A DNA stretch of 64,000 nt from Patescibacteria group bacterium (lineage in GTDB: Bacteria; Patescibacteriota; Microgenomatia; Levybacterales; UBA12049), in contig DATICB010000001.1 of NCBI GenBank assembly GCA_035457005.1, forward strand, positions 3,246-67,245, read 5' to 3'. Made by a program: the position numbers and the translations under genes. This document shows, piece after piece, positions 17,042-26,651 of this stretch (within the stretch, counting starts at the first letter, position 1; the number at the start of each line of letters is the position of its first letter). The notes under the pieces are model-generated. The model was not told the origin of the DNA, made no database searches, and saw only the letters and a program-made list of their open reading frames with translations.

Positions 17042-19390
17042 ATGTATCAACGATTTGGAGAGAGTGCACTGCCGAGAGTGATTAATCATATTGTTTCTCC
17101 TGTTAAAATTCCACCAACGCTCCTTTTTGCGACACGAAATCAAAATAAACTGCGTGAATACCAAAGAATATTAAAAAAGCCTGTGGAAGGAATTGATTTA
17201 AAGGTGCCAGAAATTCAGGACAGCGATCCGCTCAAAGTTCTTTCTGAAAAAGCAAAAACAGCCTATGCAATTCATGGAGGACCAATTTTTGTTGAGGACA
17301 CAAGTTTTACGCTTCCAGAGTTGGACAACATGATTGGGCCGTATGCAGACAACGAAACAAGCTCGCGTGCCAAGCTTGCAGCAATTTGTCGCATGTTTGA
17401 CACAACGCATAAAAGGGAAGCGATTGTTGTAGTTGGTATTGCGCTTTTTGACGGACGCGAAGTGTATATGTGGGTAGGAAAAGTGTCTGGCACTGTTGCT
17501 GCCTCGCCGTTAGGCAGTAATGGATTTGGATTTGATGCAATTTTTATTCCAAAAGGAGCGAAAAAAACATTTGCCCAAATGACGGATAGTGAAAAAGATA
17601 GTTATAGTCCTCGAAAAAGTGCGCTTTTGGATTTAGTAAAAAACCCTCCAAGCTTAGCTGAGCCTATTTTCCAACTGCAAGAGCCGTCAGTATTTCAAAC
17701 AAATAGAATCAGAAAAGAAGAAATAGCAAAAAGAAACGCATTACAATTTGCCTTTAGCATGGAATCTTTGGAAAAAGCCCGTTCAGCAGGTTTAGCTCGA
17801 GCAACAAAACCAAATGTCAAATTGGAAGTAAGTACTTATGCGCCATTTACTGAGGTATTGCACTACAATGGCGCAGTAAGGGAATATACTGTTGATCCAA
17901 AATCTGCATCAATGGGACTTGTTCTTCTCACAGAAGTAGATTTAAAAACAGTGCCTGATAAAGGGAAAAAACGAGCTATAAGACTTGCAGTCAGTGACAC
18001 TGGCAATCCTCTTTTGTATCAAATGGGGCCAAAGGCGATGGAAATTGTCTTGGCTGCACGAGCAGCTGAGTATTTAGATATGCACTCAGCAGATATGCAC
18101 CAACACGTACGCGATTTGTTGTCTGGAAAAATACAGCATGTATCGCGAAGCAGTACCAGATCTTCTGTTTTGGAAGAAGTGTTGGGAATGTTTGTCAAAA
18201 CAGATGAGAAAGGCGTGCATAAAATTATTCATGGAGCAAGTACAGCAATTGCAACAAAAGAATTAGGATACAAAAGATTATCGAGCGGAGGTATTTTAAG
18301 CAGAAAACAAGCTGCAAAAGGACTTTTGATGAGAGGACCAGATGGCGTGGTTTCGAGTTTGTATTCATACGGCGGTATGCCGCCAACAACAGGGAGTCGC
18401 GACAGTATTGTGACAGCAGCAATGTCTTTTATGCGGGCATGGATTCCAAGAAACGGCGTGTTTGCAGGAAATTTTGCAAGACAACTCCAGCTTTTTAAAC
18501 AAGCAAAAAAAGCAATTATCGGCTTTGGTTTGCCAAAAGACATTGAAAAGCAGGTAATTTCCCAAATCGGGATTGCAGTTGGCTGTGACAATCCTGTTAG
18601 TATCGCCAGAGATGTGAAGAAATTTGCTCTGCTTGGCGGACATGCTGCAAGAATTTATACAACCAATCCAGATATACGAATTATTGAAACAGCAAAAGCA
18701 ATTCGAAAAGCAACGGGCCCGAATTTTCTTTTGTGTGTTGGGCCGGTGACTGATTACGAGCAGGCTGTTCGTCTAAAAAAAGAAGCACAGGTACACATGT
18801 TTTTAGTAGGTCATGGTGGAGGAGAAAATTGTACGTCCCTTACTGCAGGCGGTGCAGCAAATTCAATAGAACTTCTGTATCAACTCTACCTAGATCCACT
18901 GTTTAATGACTGCATTATTGGTTTGGAAGGTGGGACTGGGACAACCATTGGTGCGCTGCTACCACTTTTGGATGTTATTTCTTTGAATAAACGTGGTATC
19001 GGCGGATTCGAAAGCACACAGGGATTGTATGCATTAAAAGCGCGCAACGGCAAAGAAGAGCCAGTTATTCCGTATCATGGATCAGCCAGTGCTGCAACGC
19101 AGTTGATTGAAGCATACATGAGCCCAGAGATTGCAAAAAAAAGATTGGGGCCAGATGGTATTGTGCGGGCAGTTGAGGGAAAAGTAAATTACATTGTGCT
19201 CAATGACGCAGTGAGGAGTAATGTAAGCGCAATCCGGGAAAATAGAGCCATTGCAGGACTAGCGTTAGCTGATCAGCAGTCTTTGTCTATATATCAACTG
19301 CGCGAAAGAGTGAAAAAGTTAGGACATAATCATGTGGGTATTTCTGCTGCATCAAGTGTTGTCGCTAACGAACACAGGAGTGGGGTATAA
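17042..19390 (+). CDS. fusion protein: N-terminal non-canonical purine NTP pyrophosphatase (RdgB/Ham1 ITPase) and C-terminal IMPDH/GMP-reductase-like TIM-barrel domain
   Basis: ATRNQNKLREY, FVEDTSF and GFGFDAIFIPKGAKKTFAQM..SPRKSA are Ham1 motifs. VGPVTDYEQAVRL...VGHGGGENCTSLTAGG...GLEGGTGTTIGALL resembles the IMPDH catalytic-Cys loop and phosphate-binding region. Confidence 0.6.
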   Translation: MYQRFGESALPRVINHIVSPVKIPPTLLFATRNQNKLREYQRILKKPVEGIDLKVPEIQDSDPLKVLSEKAKTAYAIHGGPIFVEDTSFTLPELDNMIGPYADNETSSRAKLAAICRMFDTTHKREAIVVVGIALFDGREVYMWVGKVSGTVAASPLGSNGFGFDAIFIPKGAKKTFAQMTDSEKDSYSPRKSALLDLVKNPPSLAEPIFQLQEPSVFQTNRIRKEEIAKRNALQFAFSMESLEKARSAGLARATKPNVKLEVSTYAPFTEVLHYNGAVREYTVDPKSASMGLVLLTEVDLKTVPDKGKKRAIRLAVSDTGNPLLYQMGPKAMEIVLAARAAEYLDMHSADMHQHVRDLLSGKIQHVSRSSTRSSVLEEVLGMFVKTDEKGVHKIIHGASTAIATKELGYKRLSSGGILSRKQAAKGLLMRGPDGVVSSLYSYGGMPPTTGSRDSIVTAAMSFMRAWIPRNGVFAGNFARQLQLFKQAKKAIIGFGLPKDIEKQVISQIGIAVGCDNPVSIARDVKKFALLGGHAARIYTTNPDIRIIETAKAIRKATGPNFLLCVGPVTDYEQAVRLKKEAQVHMFLVGHGGGENCTSLTAGGAANSIELLYQLYLDPLFNDCIIGLEGGTGTTIGALLPLLDVISLNKRGIGGFESTQGLYALKARNGKEEPVIPYHGSASAATQLIEAYMSPEIAKKRLGPDGIVRAVEGKVNYIVLNDAVRSNVSAIRENRAIAGLALADQQSLSIYQLRERVKKLGHNHVGISAASSVVANEHRSGV

Positions 19391-19399
19391 AGTTGTTGA

Positions 19400-19426
19400 T
19401 GTCGTCCTGAGCAAAGCGAAAGGATC
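19400..19426. repeat. R3 hairpin-unit repeat (GTCGTCCTGAGCAAAGCGAAAGGATC)
   Basis: Intergenic, upstream of glyA. Confidence 0.55.
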
Positions 19427-19780
19427 TTATTCTTTACATTTTCTTGTACTTTTGCACCGGCAAAAGATACCAAAACTCTTTGTCAATCTTTTTGGTTCTT
19501 TCATAACCGAAAGAACCAAAGGTTTTCGTCGCAATCTTGTTTTGTGCTTTCGCCATTTACTCGTTCTTCGGGGGATTTCACCCCTTCCGACAATTTGTCG
19601 GAATCCCCCTGAATCGCTCACTCATTGCTCATGCACAAAACTGCAAGGCGACAAAGAAAGACCATTTTTCATGCAGTCACTGCGAACTGCCGATTGAAAT
19701 AATTTGTGTTTTCTTTTGTTCTATTTTGTTGTGGAAATTGCTACTTGTTTCACTTTTCAAACTCTTCTATAGTGAGTCTC

Positions 19781-21106
19781 ATGAGTGCGCTTAAAAAGAC
19801 AGACTCGCAGATTTACGAGCTTATTAAGGACGAGGAAAAAAGACAAAAAGATGTTTTGGAAATGATTCCCTCGGAAAATTATACATCTCGAGCTGTTATG
19901 GAAACATTAGGATCTGTACTTACCAATAAATATTCAGAAGGATATCCACGCAAAAGATATTATCAAGGCAATGAAGTCATAGATAGTGTCGAAGAGATTG
20001 CTCAAGAACGCGCCAAAAAATTATTTGGCGTACCATATGTTAATGTCCAGCCCTATTCTGGCAGTCCTGCGAATGCAGCAATCTATATGTCTATTCTTAA
20101 GCCTGGACAAAAACTGATGGGACTAGCCCTGGCTCATGGAGGACACATTACCCATGGGCTGGAAGTCGTTGGATTTTCTGGAACATTCTATAAAACAGCT
20201 CATTACACAGTCAATAAAAAAACTCGACAATTGGATTATGACGAAGTAGAAAGGCAGGTTTTGGCAGAAAAGCCAGATCTTCTTATTTGTGGATTTACCG
20301 CATATTCACGAATTATTGATTGGGCAAGATTTCGAAAAATTGCCGATAAAGTTGGATGTTTTCTTATGGCAGACATGAGTCATATTACTGGCTTGGTTAT
20401 TGGCGGGGTGCATCCTTCTCCTGTTCCCTATACTGATGTTGTTATGACAACAACACATAAGACACTCAGGGGTCCGCGGGGTGCGATGATTATGATTACG
20501 GACAGAGGCATTAAGAAAGATGCTGAATGGCCAAGACGACTCAACACTGCTGTTTTCCCAGGTCTTCAGGGTGGCCCACACGATAATCAGACTGCAGCAA
20601 TAGCAGTTGCTCTCAAAGAAGCGGCAACTCCTGCATTTAAAAAATATGCAGAGCAAATTGTTAAAAATGCCCGGGCTCTTGCAGATGGACTGATGGCAAG
20701 AGGGTACGAGGTAGTGTCTGGCGGAACGGACAATCATTTGGTTTTGGTAGATTTACAAAATAAGAAAATGAGTGGGAAAATCGCAGCAGAGGCACTTGAG
20801 GCAGCGGGAATTATTTTGAATTATAATTTGGTGCCATATGACCCAATGCCGCCAATGTACACGTCTGGTATTCGCATGGGAACACCCGCATTGACTACAC
20901 GAGGATTAAAAGAAATTCAAATGGAAAAAATTGCTGATTGGATGGATAGAGCACTTCGTGAAGTGAATGGATTTGTTTTGTCAGACAATAAAGATGAACG
21001 GACAGAGCAAATGAAAAAGTATCGATTGGCAATTGCAGAAAATAAAAATTTGGCAAAAATTGCGCAAGAAATTAAACAGTTTATTACCAAATATCCAGTG
21101 CCATAA
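19781..21106 (+). CDS. glyA: serine hydroxymethyltransferase
   Basis: EMIPSENYTS, TTTHKTLRGPRGAMI and other SHMT signatures. Confidence 0.9.
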   Translation: MSALKKTDSQIYELIKDEEKRQKDVLEMIPSENYTSRAVMETLGSVLTNKYSEGYPRKRYYQGNEVIDSVEEIAQERAKKLFGVPYVNVQPYSGSPANAAIYMSILKPGQKLMGLALAHGGHITHGLEVVGFSGTFYKTAHYTVNKKTRQLDYDEVERQVLAEKPDLLICGFTAYSRIIDWARFRKIADKVGCFLMADMSHITGLVIGGVHPSPVPYTDVVMTTTHKTLRGPRGAMIMITDRGIKKDAEWPRRLNTAVFPGLQGGPHDNQTAAIAVALKEAATPAFKKYAEQIVKNARALADGLMARGYEVVSGGTDNHLVLVDLQNKKMSGKIAAEALEAAGIILNYNLVPYDPMPPMYTSGIRMGTPALTTRGLKEIQMEKIADWMDRALREVNGFVLSDNKDERTEQMKKYRLAIAENKNLAKIAQEIKQFITKYPVP

Positions 21107-21345
21107 AAACTCTTCTTGACGGGTTTAGAAAAATTCATGTATAGTATTTTCCATGAGATGGAGACCAAATGGAACACATAGAGTAAGAAGAGGAATTGCT
21201 GAACCAAATGTTCATGCTGGGCCCGTTGAGACTCGAGCAATTTTGGGAAGACCCACCTCAAAGAGAAAGAAACATCAGCAAAGAGTGGAGAAAAGTCGCG
21301 CACATGATCCCGAACAGGGTGGAAGACGAGAAGAAGAGTAGAACT

Positions 21346-22386
21346 CTATTTATATGGAGTTGCATGCTCCCAGCCACCCAGAAACCACTCTTGAAGTAGC
21401 CTACGATACTGCGGATTTTTGGAAAGCAGCACTACTTCTGCATCTCCACCAACAACCATGTCATCAACAAAATTCGAAGAGCCAGTGAGTGCCAAATCAT
21501 CAATAAGCAGCGTCTTGGCATGGGTAAAATGTTTGGAGTTGGTGTATTCACGCACATCTATTCCTGCATTAATAAATGGTCTTGTCCAGTGATTGGGAAA
21601 ATATCGAAATCGAAAATCGTTAGACGTTTTATAATCAGGAATAAGAAGGCGAACATCAAGATTGGGGTTTTGTTTTTTGGCCAGAATAAGCGCATCTTTA
21701 ACACGGTGTGAATCAAGATACGATGTTTCCATCCAAATTCTTTCTTTTGCATTGCCTATTTCTTTGATAACACGGTCAATAATAGTATCTGTTTTTTTGC
21801 TGTCGAATAGCATTTCTGTACCATCTTTTGCATCAAGGACATAATGCGAAGATCCATTATTTGTACCTTCCCATGTTTTTTGAAAATCCGCAGCAAGCAC
21901 TTCTACTGGCTGTCCAGTGGTGCGCATTATATAATCCCGCCACTTGAGAAATCTTCCTGACACATTGCTACCACCAATATAGCCAACTTCTTGGTTTGTC
22001 CCGGCATCTATAGCAACAATTTTTTTATGGTCTCGTCTTAAGGGATTAAGACTGTCTTTTTTCTGACGCGCGTGTTTGACTTCTATTTTCAGCCCTTCTT
22101 TTTGTAACTTAGTGAGTCTGCGAAATTCGCGTCTGGACGCAAATGGAGCATGAATATTGCCAATATGATCAACAACAATTCGCACGTGCACATTTCGTCT
22201 TGCTGCTTCTTCGATTTCTCTAAAAATGGGTTGTGTTGTTTTGTCGGACTCAAAAACAAAAAATGCAAGATCAACACTTTTTTCTGCTTTTCCAATATCT
22301 GCTGCTAACTGGGAATAAAACACTGGTTGTGATTCAAGTAGTCTAAAAGGTGCTCGTGGTTGTTTTGTGGGAAGCCGATCTGCCAT
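21346..22386 (-). CDS. phospholipase D family protein (cardiolipin-synthase-like, two HKD motifs)
   Basis: HKKIVAIDAGTNQEVGYIGGSN and HAKTLLIDDLALTGSSNF. Confidence 0.7.
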   Translation of the reverse strand: MADRLPTKQPRAPFRLLESQPVFYSQLAADIGKAEKSVDLAFFVFESDKTTQPIFREIEEAARRNVHVRIVVDHIGNIHAPFASRREFRRLTKLQKEGLKIEVKHARQKKDSLNPLRRDHKKIVAIDAGTNQEVGYIGGSNVSGRFLKWRDYIMRTTGQPVEVLAADFQKTWEGTNNGSSHYVLDAKDGTEMLFDSKKTDTIIDRVIKEIGNAKERIWMETSYLDSHRVKDALILAKKQNPNLDVRLLIPDYKTSNDFRFRYFPNHWTRPFINAGIDVREYTNSKHFTHAKTLLIDDLALTGSSNFVDDMVVGGDAEVVLLSKNPQYRRLLQEWFLGGWEHATPYK

Positions 22387-22491
22387 AGCTAACCCAGCAG
22401 TATAGAGTATTTTCTAAAAAATTCAATGTGGATGGGTGTTGCATAACTTTGTGCTTGTCAATTGTAAATAAATACTGTAAAATATCTCCTT

Positions 22492-22686
22492 ATGGCAGAA
22501 CAAAAGTTCGGAGACGATTATACAGGTAGCCCACAGCATTGGGATGATTATGGTGTGGAACCATCCACTCCAGAACCTGCTCGCCCTGCACCAACACCAA
22601 GACGATTGACTCCAAAACAACAACAAGAAGCTAGGAGAGCAGCAACAAGTCTTCCACCGCCTAGATCTACAGGAAAACAGAAATAA
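22492..22686 (+). CDS. hypothetical small Pro-rich protein
   Basis: ORF only. Confidence 0.25.
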   Translation: MAEQKFGDDYTGSPQHWDDYGVEPSTPEPARPAPTPRRLTPKQQQEARRAATSLPPPRSTGKQK

Positions 22687-22745
22687 ATCTTCAAACGAAT
22701 TAAAAAAGTCGTATAAAGATAAGAAATAATGTTTTCACATTCTTC

Positions 22746-22958
22746 TTGACGAAAAAGTTATTCAATGGCTATAATCGCTCCATGACAAAAGGACAGGCTA
22801 GGACAGGAAATGGAAGGCGCTACAGGAGGCCACATGGTAAACCCAAGGAAGAGCTAGACGAAGAGGGAAATGTAATTAAAAGAGGAAGGTTCCGTAGTGG
22901 GCGTATCGACCTTAAGCAAGAAAGGCAGTGGGAGCGGAATCCAGAACAAGAAGAGTAA
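22746..22958 (+). CDS. hypothetical small basic protein
   Basis: ORF only. Confidence 0.25.
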   Translation: MTKKLFNGYNRSMTKGQARTGNGRRYRRPHGKPKEELDEEGNVIKRGRFRSGRIDLKQERQWERNPEQEE

Positions 22959-23098
22959 GGTTCTTGTTTTTCTCTAACGAGCCTGGTATAATACTTCTAT
23001 CCCTTCGTCGCTAAAGCTATGGAAGGGCAAGCAAACATATCTAGCAACATAATCCTTGAAACTTCAAGCTAGATAGGTGAACAAAGGATTATCATTGT

Positions 23099-23962
23099 AT
23101 GAAATCAATTACACTCGAAGAACTTCTTGAAGCCGGTTGTCATTTTGGCCACCAGGTTACCAGACAAAACCCAAAAGCGCGGGAATTTGTTTTTGAACAA
23201 AGAGACAATATTCAAATTATTGATCTTGGGAAAACAAAAGAAGGTTTGGAAGAAGCAGCATCTTTTCTTTTGAAAACAGCACAAACTCCTGAAAGTACTC
23301 TTCTTGTTGTGGGTACAAAAAGACAGGCAATTCCCCTGATCGAAGAAACTCTTGCAGGACTTCCGGAAGAAGTAAGAAAAAGCATGTTTACTGTTACCAA
23401 AAGGTGGATGGGTGGAACACTGACCAATACAGTAGCAATTTCTCAAAACTATGAAAGATTAAAAGAAATCAAAGAAAAATTGCATAGCGATGAGTGGAAA
23501 CAAAAATACACCAAACGAGAATTGGTTCTTTTTGAAAAAGAAATGCAAAAATTAGAAGCATATTATGGCGGCATTGTGGATATGAAAAAAATGCCAGCAG
23601 CACTTTTTGTTATTGATACACACACAGAAGATTTGGCGGTAAAAGAAGCAAACAGAATGGGAATTCCTGTTGTGGGTATTGTTGACACGAATGCAGATCC
23701 AGATTTAATTGATTACGTTATTCCAGCCAATGATGATGCAGTTGGAAGTCTTAAGCTTCTTATTGGCTATATTTTTAGTGCATGGGTAGAGGGAAAAACA
23801 GGAGTAAGTGCAAAATCAGAAGGCTTAAATCCCAAATCTCAAGAAACAAAAGAGAAAAAAGAGGAAAAGGAAAGTTCTACAGAGCAGAATTTAGAGAAAA
23901 AAGAGAAATCTGCTAAAAAAGCAAAATCCTCCTCTGGAGGAAAAAAAGAAAAGAAAGGATAA
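23099..23962 (+). CDS. rpsB: 30S ribosomal protein S2 with a K/E-rich C-terminal tail
   Basis: GCHFGHQVTRQNPK, IIDLGKT, FVIDTHTEDLAVKEANRMGIPVVGIVDTN. Confidence 0.9.
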   Translation: MKSITLEELLEAGCHFGHQVTRQNPKAREFVFEQRDNIQIIDLGKTKEGLEEAASFLLKTAQTPESTLLVVGTKRQAIPLIEETLAGLPEEVRKSMFTVTKRWMGGTLTNTVAISQNYERLKEIKEKLHSDEWKQKYTKRELVLFEKEMQKLEAYYGGIVDMKKMPAALFVIDTHTEDLAVKEANRMGIPVVGIVDTNADPDLIDYVIPANDDAVGSLKLLIGYIFSAWVEGKTGVSAKSEGLNPKSQETKEKKEEKESSTEQNLEKKEKSAKKAKSSSGGKKEKKG

Positions 23963-23965
23963 AAT

Positions 23966-24047
23966 AAATTAACCTAATTATCTAATTGACCTAATTAACC
24001 TAAATATTTTTAGAAATTAGAAATTAGAAATTAGAAATTTTCAGGTT
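23966..24047. repeat. AT-rich intergenic element: (A)ACCTAATT x3 followed by TTAGAAA x4, ending TTTCAGG
   Basis: A near-identical architecture recurs at 41056-41179 upstream of nadE. Confidence 0.6.
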
Positions 24048-24500
24048 ATGGTACTTGATTTAACACTTCTTAAAAAACTTCGCGAAGAAACAGGCATTTC
24101 TATTTCTCAATGTCGACAAGCTTTGGAAGACGCAAATGGTGACTACGAGAAAGCATTAAAAGTCTTAAAAGAGCAAGCAGAAAAAACAGCAGCAAAAAAA
24201 GCAGACCGCGAGACAGGACAGGGAATTGTTGAGACCTATGTTCATGGTGGTGGCAAAATTGGCGTTATGGTAATGCTTTTGTGTGAAACAGATTTTGTTG
24301 CTAAAACAGATGAATTTAAGCATTTAGCCCACGAAATTGCTATGCAAATTGCAGCAATGGATCCAAAAGATGTAGAGGATTTGCTCAAACAAGAATTTAT
24401 TAAAGATCCATCAATGACGATTGAAAAAATGGTAAAAGAAGCAATTCACAAAACAGGAGAAAATATTGTCGTTAAGAAATTTGACAGATTTGCTATATAA
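24048..24500 (+). CDS. tsf: elongation factor Ts (short form)
   Basis: LLKKLREETGISISQCRQALED ... TDFVAKTDEF. Confidence 0.85.
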   Translation: MVLDLTLLKKLREETGISISQCRQALEDANGDYEKALKVLKEQAEKTAAKKADRETGQGIVETYVHGGGKIGVMVMLLCETDFVAKTDEFKHLAHEIAMQIAAMDPKDVEDLLKQEFIKDPSMTIEKMVKEAIHKTGENIVVKKFDRFAI

Positions 24501-24507
24501 TATATTT

Positions 24508-25059
24508 ATGGATCCTATCCCACAAGAAGCCTCTTCACAAATGCAGAAAGTTTTGGAACTTCTCAAACATGATTTAGCAACGATTCGTACGGGTCGCGCA
24601 GTACCTAGTCTTGTTGAAAATATTGTTATTAATGCGTATGCAGGGTCGGCAAAATTAAAAGTTATTGAGCTAGCAACAGTTGCTGCAACAGATACGCAAA
24701 CACTTGTCATTACACCGTTTGATCATGCGACAATTCATGAAATAGAAAAAGGTATTCAAGAAGCAAATATAGGAGTAAGTCCGGTGATTGATAGTACGCT
24801 TATTCGTATTACCTTGCCACCATTATCGACAGAAAGACGACAAGAGTTGATTCATTTAATGCGTCAAAAATTGGAAAACGGCAAAATTCTTCTTCGACAA
24901 TCTCGACAAGATGCAATGAATAATTTGAAGAAAAATGCCAGTCTTTCAGAAGATGAATTACGAAGATTGGAAAAAGAAGTGCAAGCAGTAACCGATAAAT
25001 TTATGGCATCTGTTGAAACATTGGGCAAACAAAAAGAAGAAGAACTCCTACAGATATAA
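24508..25059 (+). CDS. frr: ribosome recycling factor
   Basis: LKHDLATIRTGRA, ITPFDHATI, PPLSTERRQELIHL. Confidence 0.85.
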   Translation: MDPIPQEASSQMQKVLELLKHDLATIRTGRAVPSLVENIVINAYAGSAKLKVIELATVAATDTQTLVITPFDHATIHEIEKGIQEANIGVSPVIDSTLIRITLPPLSTERRQELIHLMRQKLENGKILLRQSRQDAMNNLKKNASLSEDELRRLEKEVQAVTDKFMASVETLGKQKEEELLQI

Positions 25060-25092
25060 AGCTTAGAGCAAAGAGCATGGGGCACAGAGTAC

Positions 25093-25443
25093 ATGTTTAG
25101 ATTTGAAACATTAACTATTTGGCAAGATGCTCGTGAATTCTCCAAAGATATTTATTTTCTCACTAAAAAATTTCCAAAAGGTGAAATGTTTAGTTTAACA
25201 AATCAACTTCGCAGAGCTGTAAATTCTATTGGAGCAAATATTGCCGAGGGCTCTGCAAGTTCTAGTTCAAAAGATTTTGCGCACTATCTTGATATTTCAG
25301 TAAAATCACTTTACGAAACAATTGCTCATTTGCAAATAGCTGAAGATCAAAAATATATTTGTTCAAAAGATAAAGAAGTACTTTATGAAAAAGCAGATAT
25401 TCTTGCACGAAAAATCAGATCTTTTCGAAAAACTTTACTCTAG
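25093..25443 (+). CDS. four-helix-bundle protein (23S rRNA intervening-sequence protein family, TIGR02436)
   Basis: FETLTIWQDAREFSKDIYFLTKKFPKGEMFSLTNQLRRAVNSIGANIAEG. Confidence 0.75.
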   Translation: MFRFETLTIWQDAREFSKDIYFLTKKFPKGEMFSLTNQLRRAVNSIGANIAEGSASSSSKDFAHYLDISVKSLYETIAHLQIAEDQKYICSKDKEVLYEKADILARKIRSFRKTLL

Positions 25444-25484
25444 TAGTTATTTCAATTAGAATATAAAATATTGCTCAGAGCTCT

Positions 25485-26624
25485 ATGCTCTCTGCACAAT
25501 GCTCTATGCTCCTGACTATTATTTCTTTTCTTCTTGTCCTCACGGTTTTGGTTTTGGTACATGAGCTGGGACATTTTCTTACTGCAAAATTTTTTGGTGT
25601 AAAAGTAGAAGAATTTGGATTTGGATTTCCTCCAAGAGCATGGGGCAAAAAAATTGGTGAAACTATCTATTCACTGAATTGGTTGCCAATTGGTGGGTTT
25701 GTAAAATTATATGGAGAAGACGAAGCTGGTGGGGGAAGTATAAAAATCTCAAACCCCAAATTGCAAATCTCACAAAAAGATGCGAAGCGGGCATTTTTTG
25801 CACAACCTGTTTGGAAACGGTTTGTTATTGTATTTGCTGGCGTTTTTATGAATTTTGCGCTTGCAACTGTTTTGTTAACGTACTTGGTTGGTGCACAGGG
25901 AATACCAGCTGCAGGAAAGGATGTTGTTGTTGCAGAGGTTGTGCACAATACACCTGCTGAAAAAGCAGGACTTAGGCAAGGGGATATCGTGTTGCAGGTA
26001 GATAATCAGAAATTAGCATCACCAGATCAACTTATTTCCTACACCAAAACACATCAAGGCAAACAGATTAGTTTGGTTGTTAAAACAAAAGACAATAACG
26101 TCAAAACAATTTTCGTGACACCTCGTGTGCATTATCCAGCAAATCAAGGAGCAATGGGTATTGCGGTTGGCAGCAATGTTGTCGTAAGACGTTTTGCTTG
26201 GTACCTCTGGCCATATGTTGGGCTGAGAGAAGCATTATCGCAATCATGGCTTATTCTTGCGGGATTAGGACAACTCTTGGCGCAATTATTCACAAAAGGA
26301 CAGATTCCACAAGGACTGGCAGGACCCGTTGGTATAGCGCAAATTACTGGACAATTTGTGCAGATGGGTGCAAATGCAACGCTTTCTCTTGTTGCGCTTC
26401 TCTCTTTAAATTTAGCAATTCTTAATGTATTGCCAATTCCCGCACTTGATGGAGGAAGACTTTTCTTTATTGTGTATGAGGCAATTTTTAGACGGAAAAT
26501 TTCGCCAAAATACGAAGGGTACGCGCATGCTATTGGTATGGCATTTCTCTTAGCACTCATTGCATTAATTACATTACACGATATTATCCGCATAGCAACA
26601 GGAGGATCAATTCTTCCTAAATAA
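25485..26624 (+). CDS. rseP: RIP metalloprotease RseP (M50 site-2 protease with PDZ)
   Basis: HELGHF, PDZ-like middle region, LNVLPIPALDGG. Confidence 0.85.
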   Translation: MLSAQCSMLLTIISFLLVLTVLVLVHELGHFLTAKFFGVKVEEFGFGFPPRAWGKKIGETIYSLNWLPIGGFVKLYGEDEAGGGSIKISNPKLQISQKDAKRAFFAQPVWKRFVIVFAGVFMNFALATVLLTYLVGAQGIPAAGKDVVVAEVVHNTPAEKAGLRQGDIVLQVDNQKLASPDQLISYTKTHQGKQISLVVKTKDNNVKTIFVTPRVHYPANQGAMGIAVGSNVVVRRFAWYLWPYVGLREALSQSWLILAGLGQLLAQLFTKGQIPQGLAGPVGIAQITGQFVQMGANATLSLVALLSLNLAILNVLPIPALDGGRLFFIVYEAIFRRKISPKYEGYAHAIGMAFLLALIALITLHDIIRIATGGSILPK

Positions 26625-26651
26625 AACCTGTGGAGTGAGAAAACAGTATAT

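Noticed and set aside
17198-18643. Minus-strand ORFs inside the ITPase-IMPDH fusion gene
   Set aside because: They are shadow ORFs, while the plus-strand frame carries clear Ham1 and IMPDH motifs.
21153-21399. Small basic ORFs in the glyA-PLD convergent spacer
   Set aside because: They are short, overlap each other, and have no SD or motif; probably non-coding 3' regions.
24009-24038. Tandem TTAGAAA x4 heptamers, considered as a CRISPR array or minisatellite
   Set aside because: The units are only 7 bp, AT-rich, contiguous and have no spacers. They are part of a duplicated intergenic element, not CRISPR.
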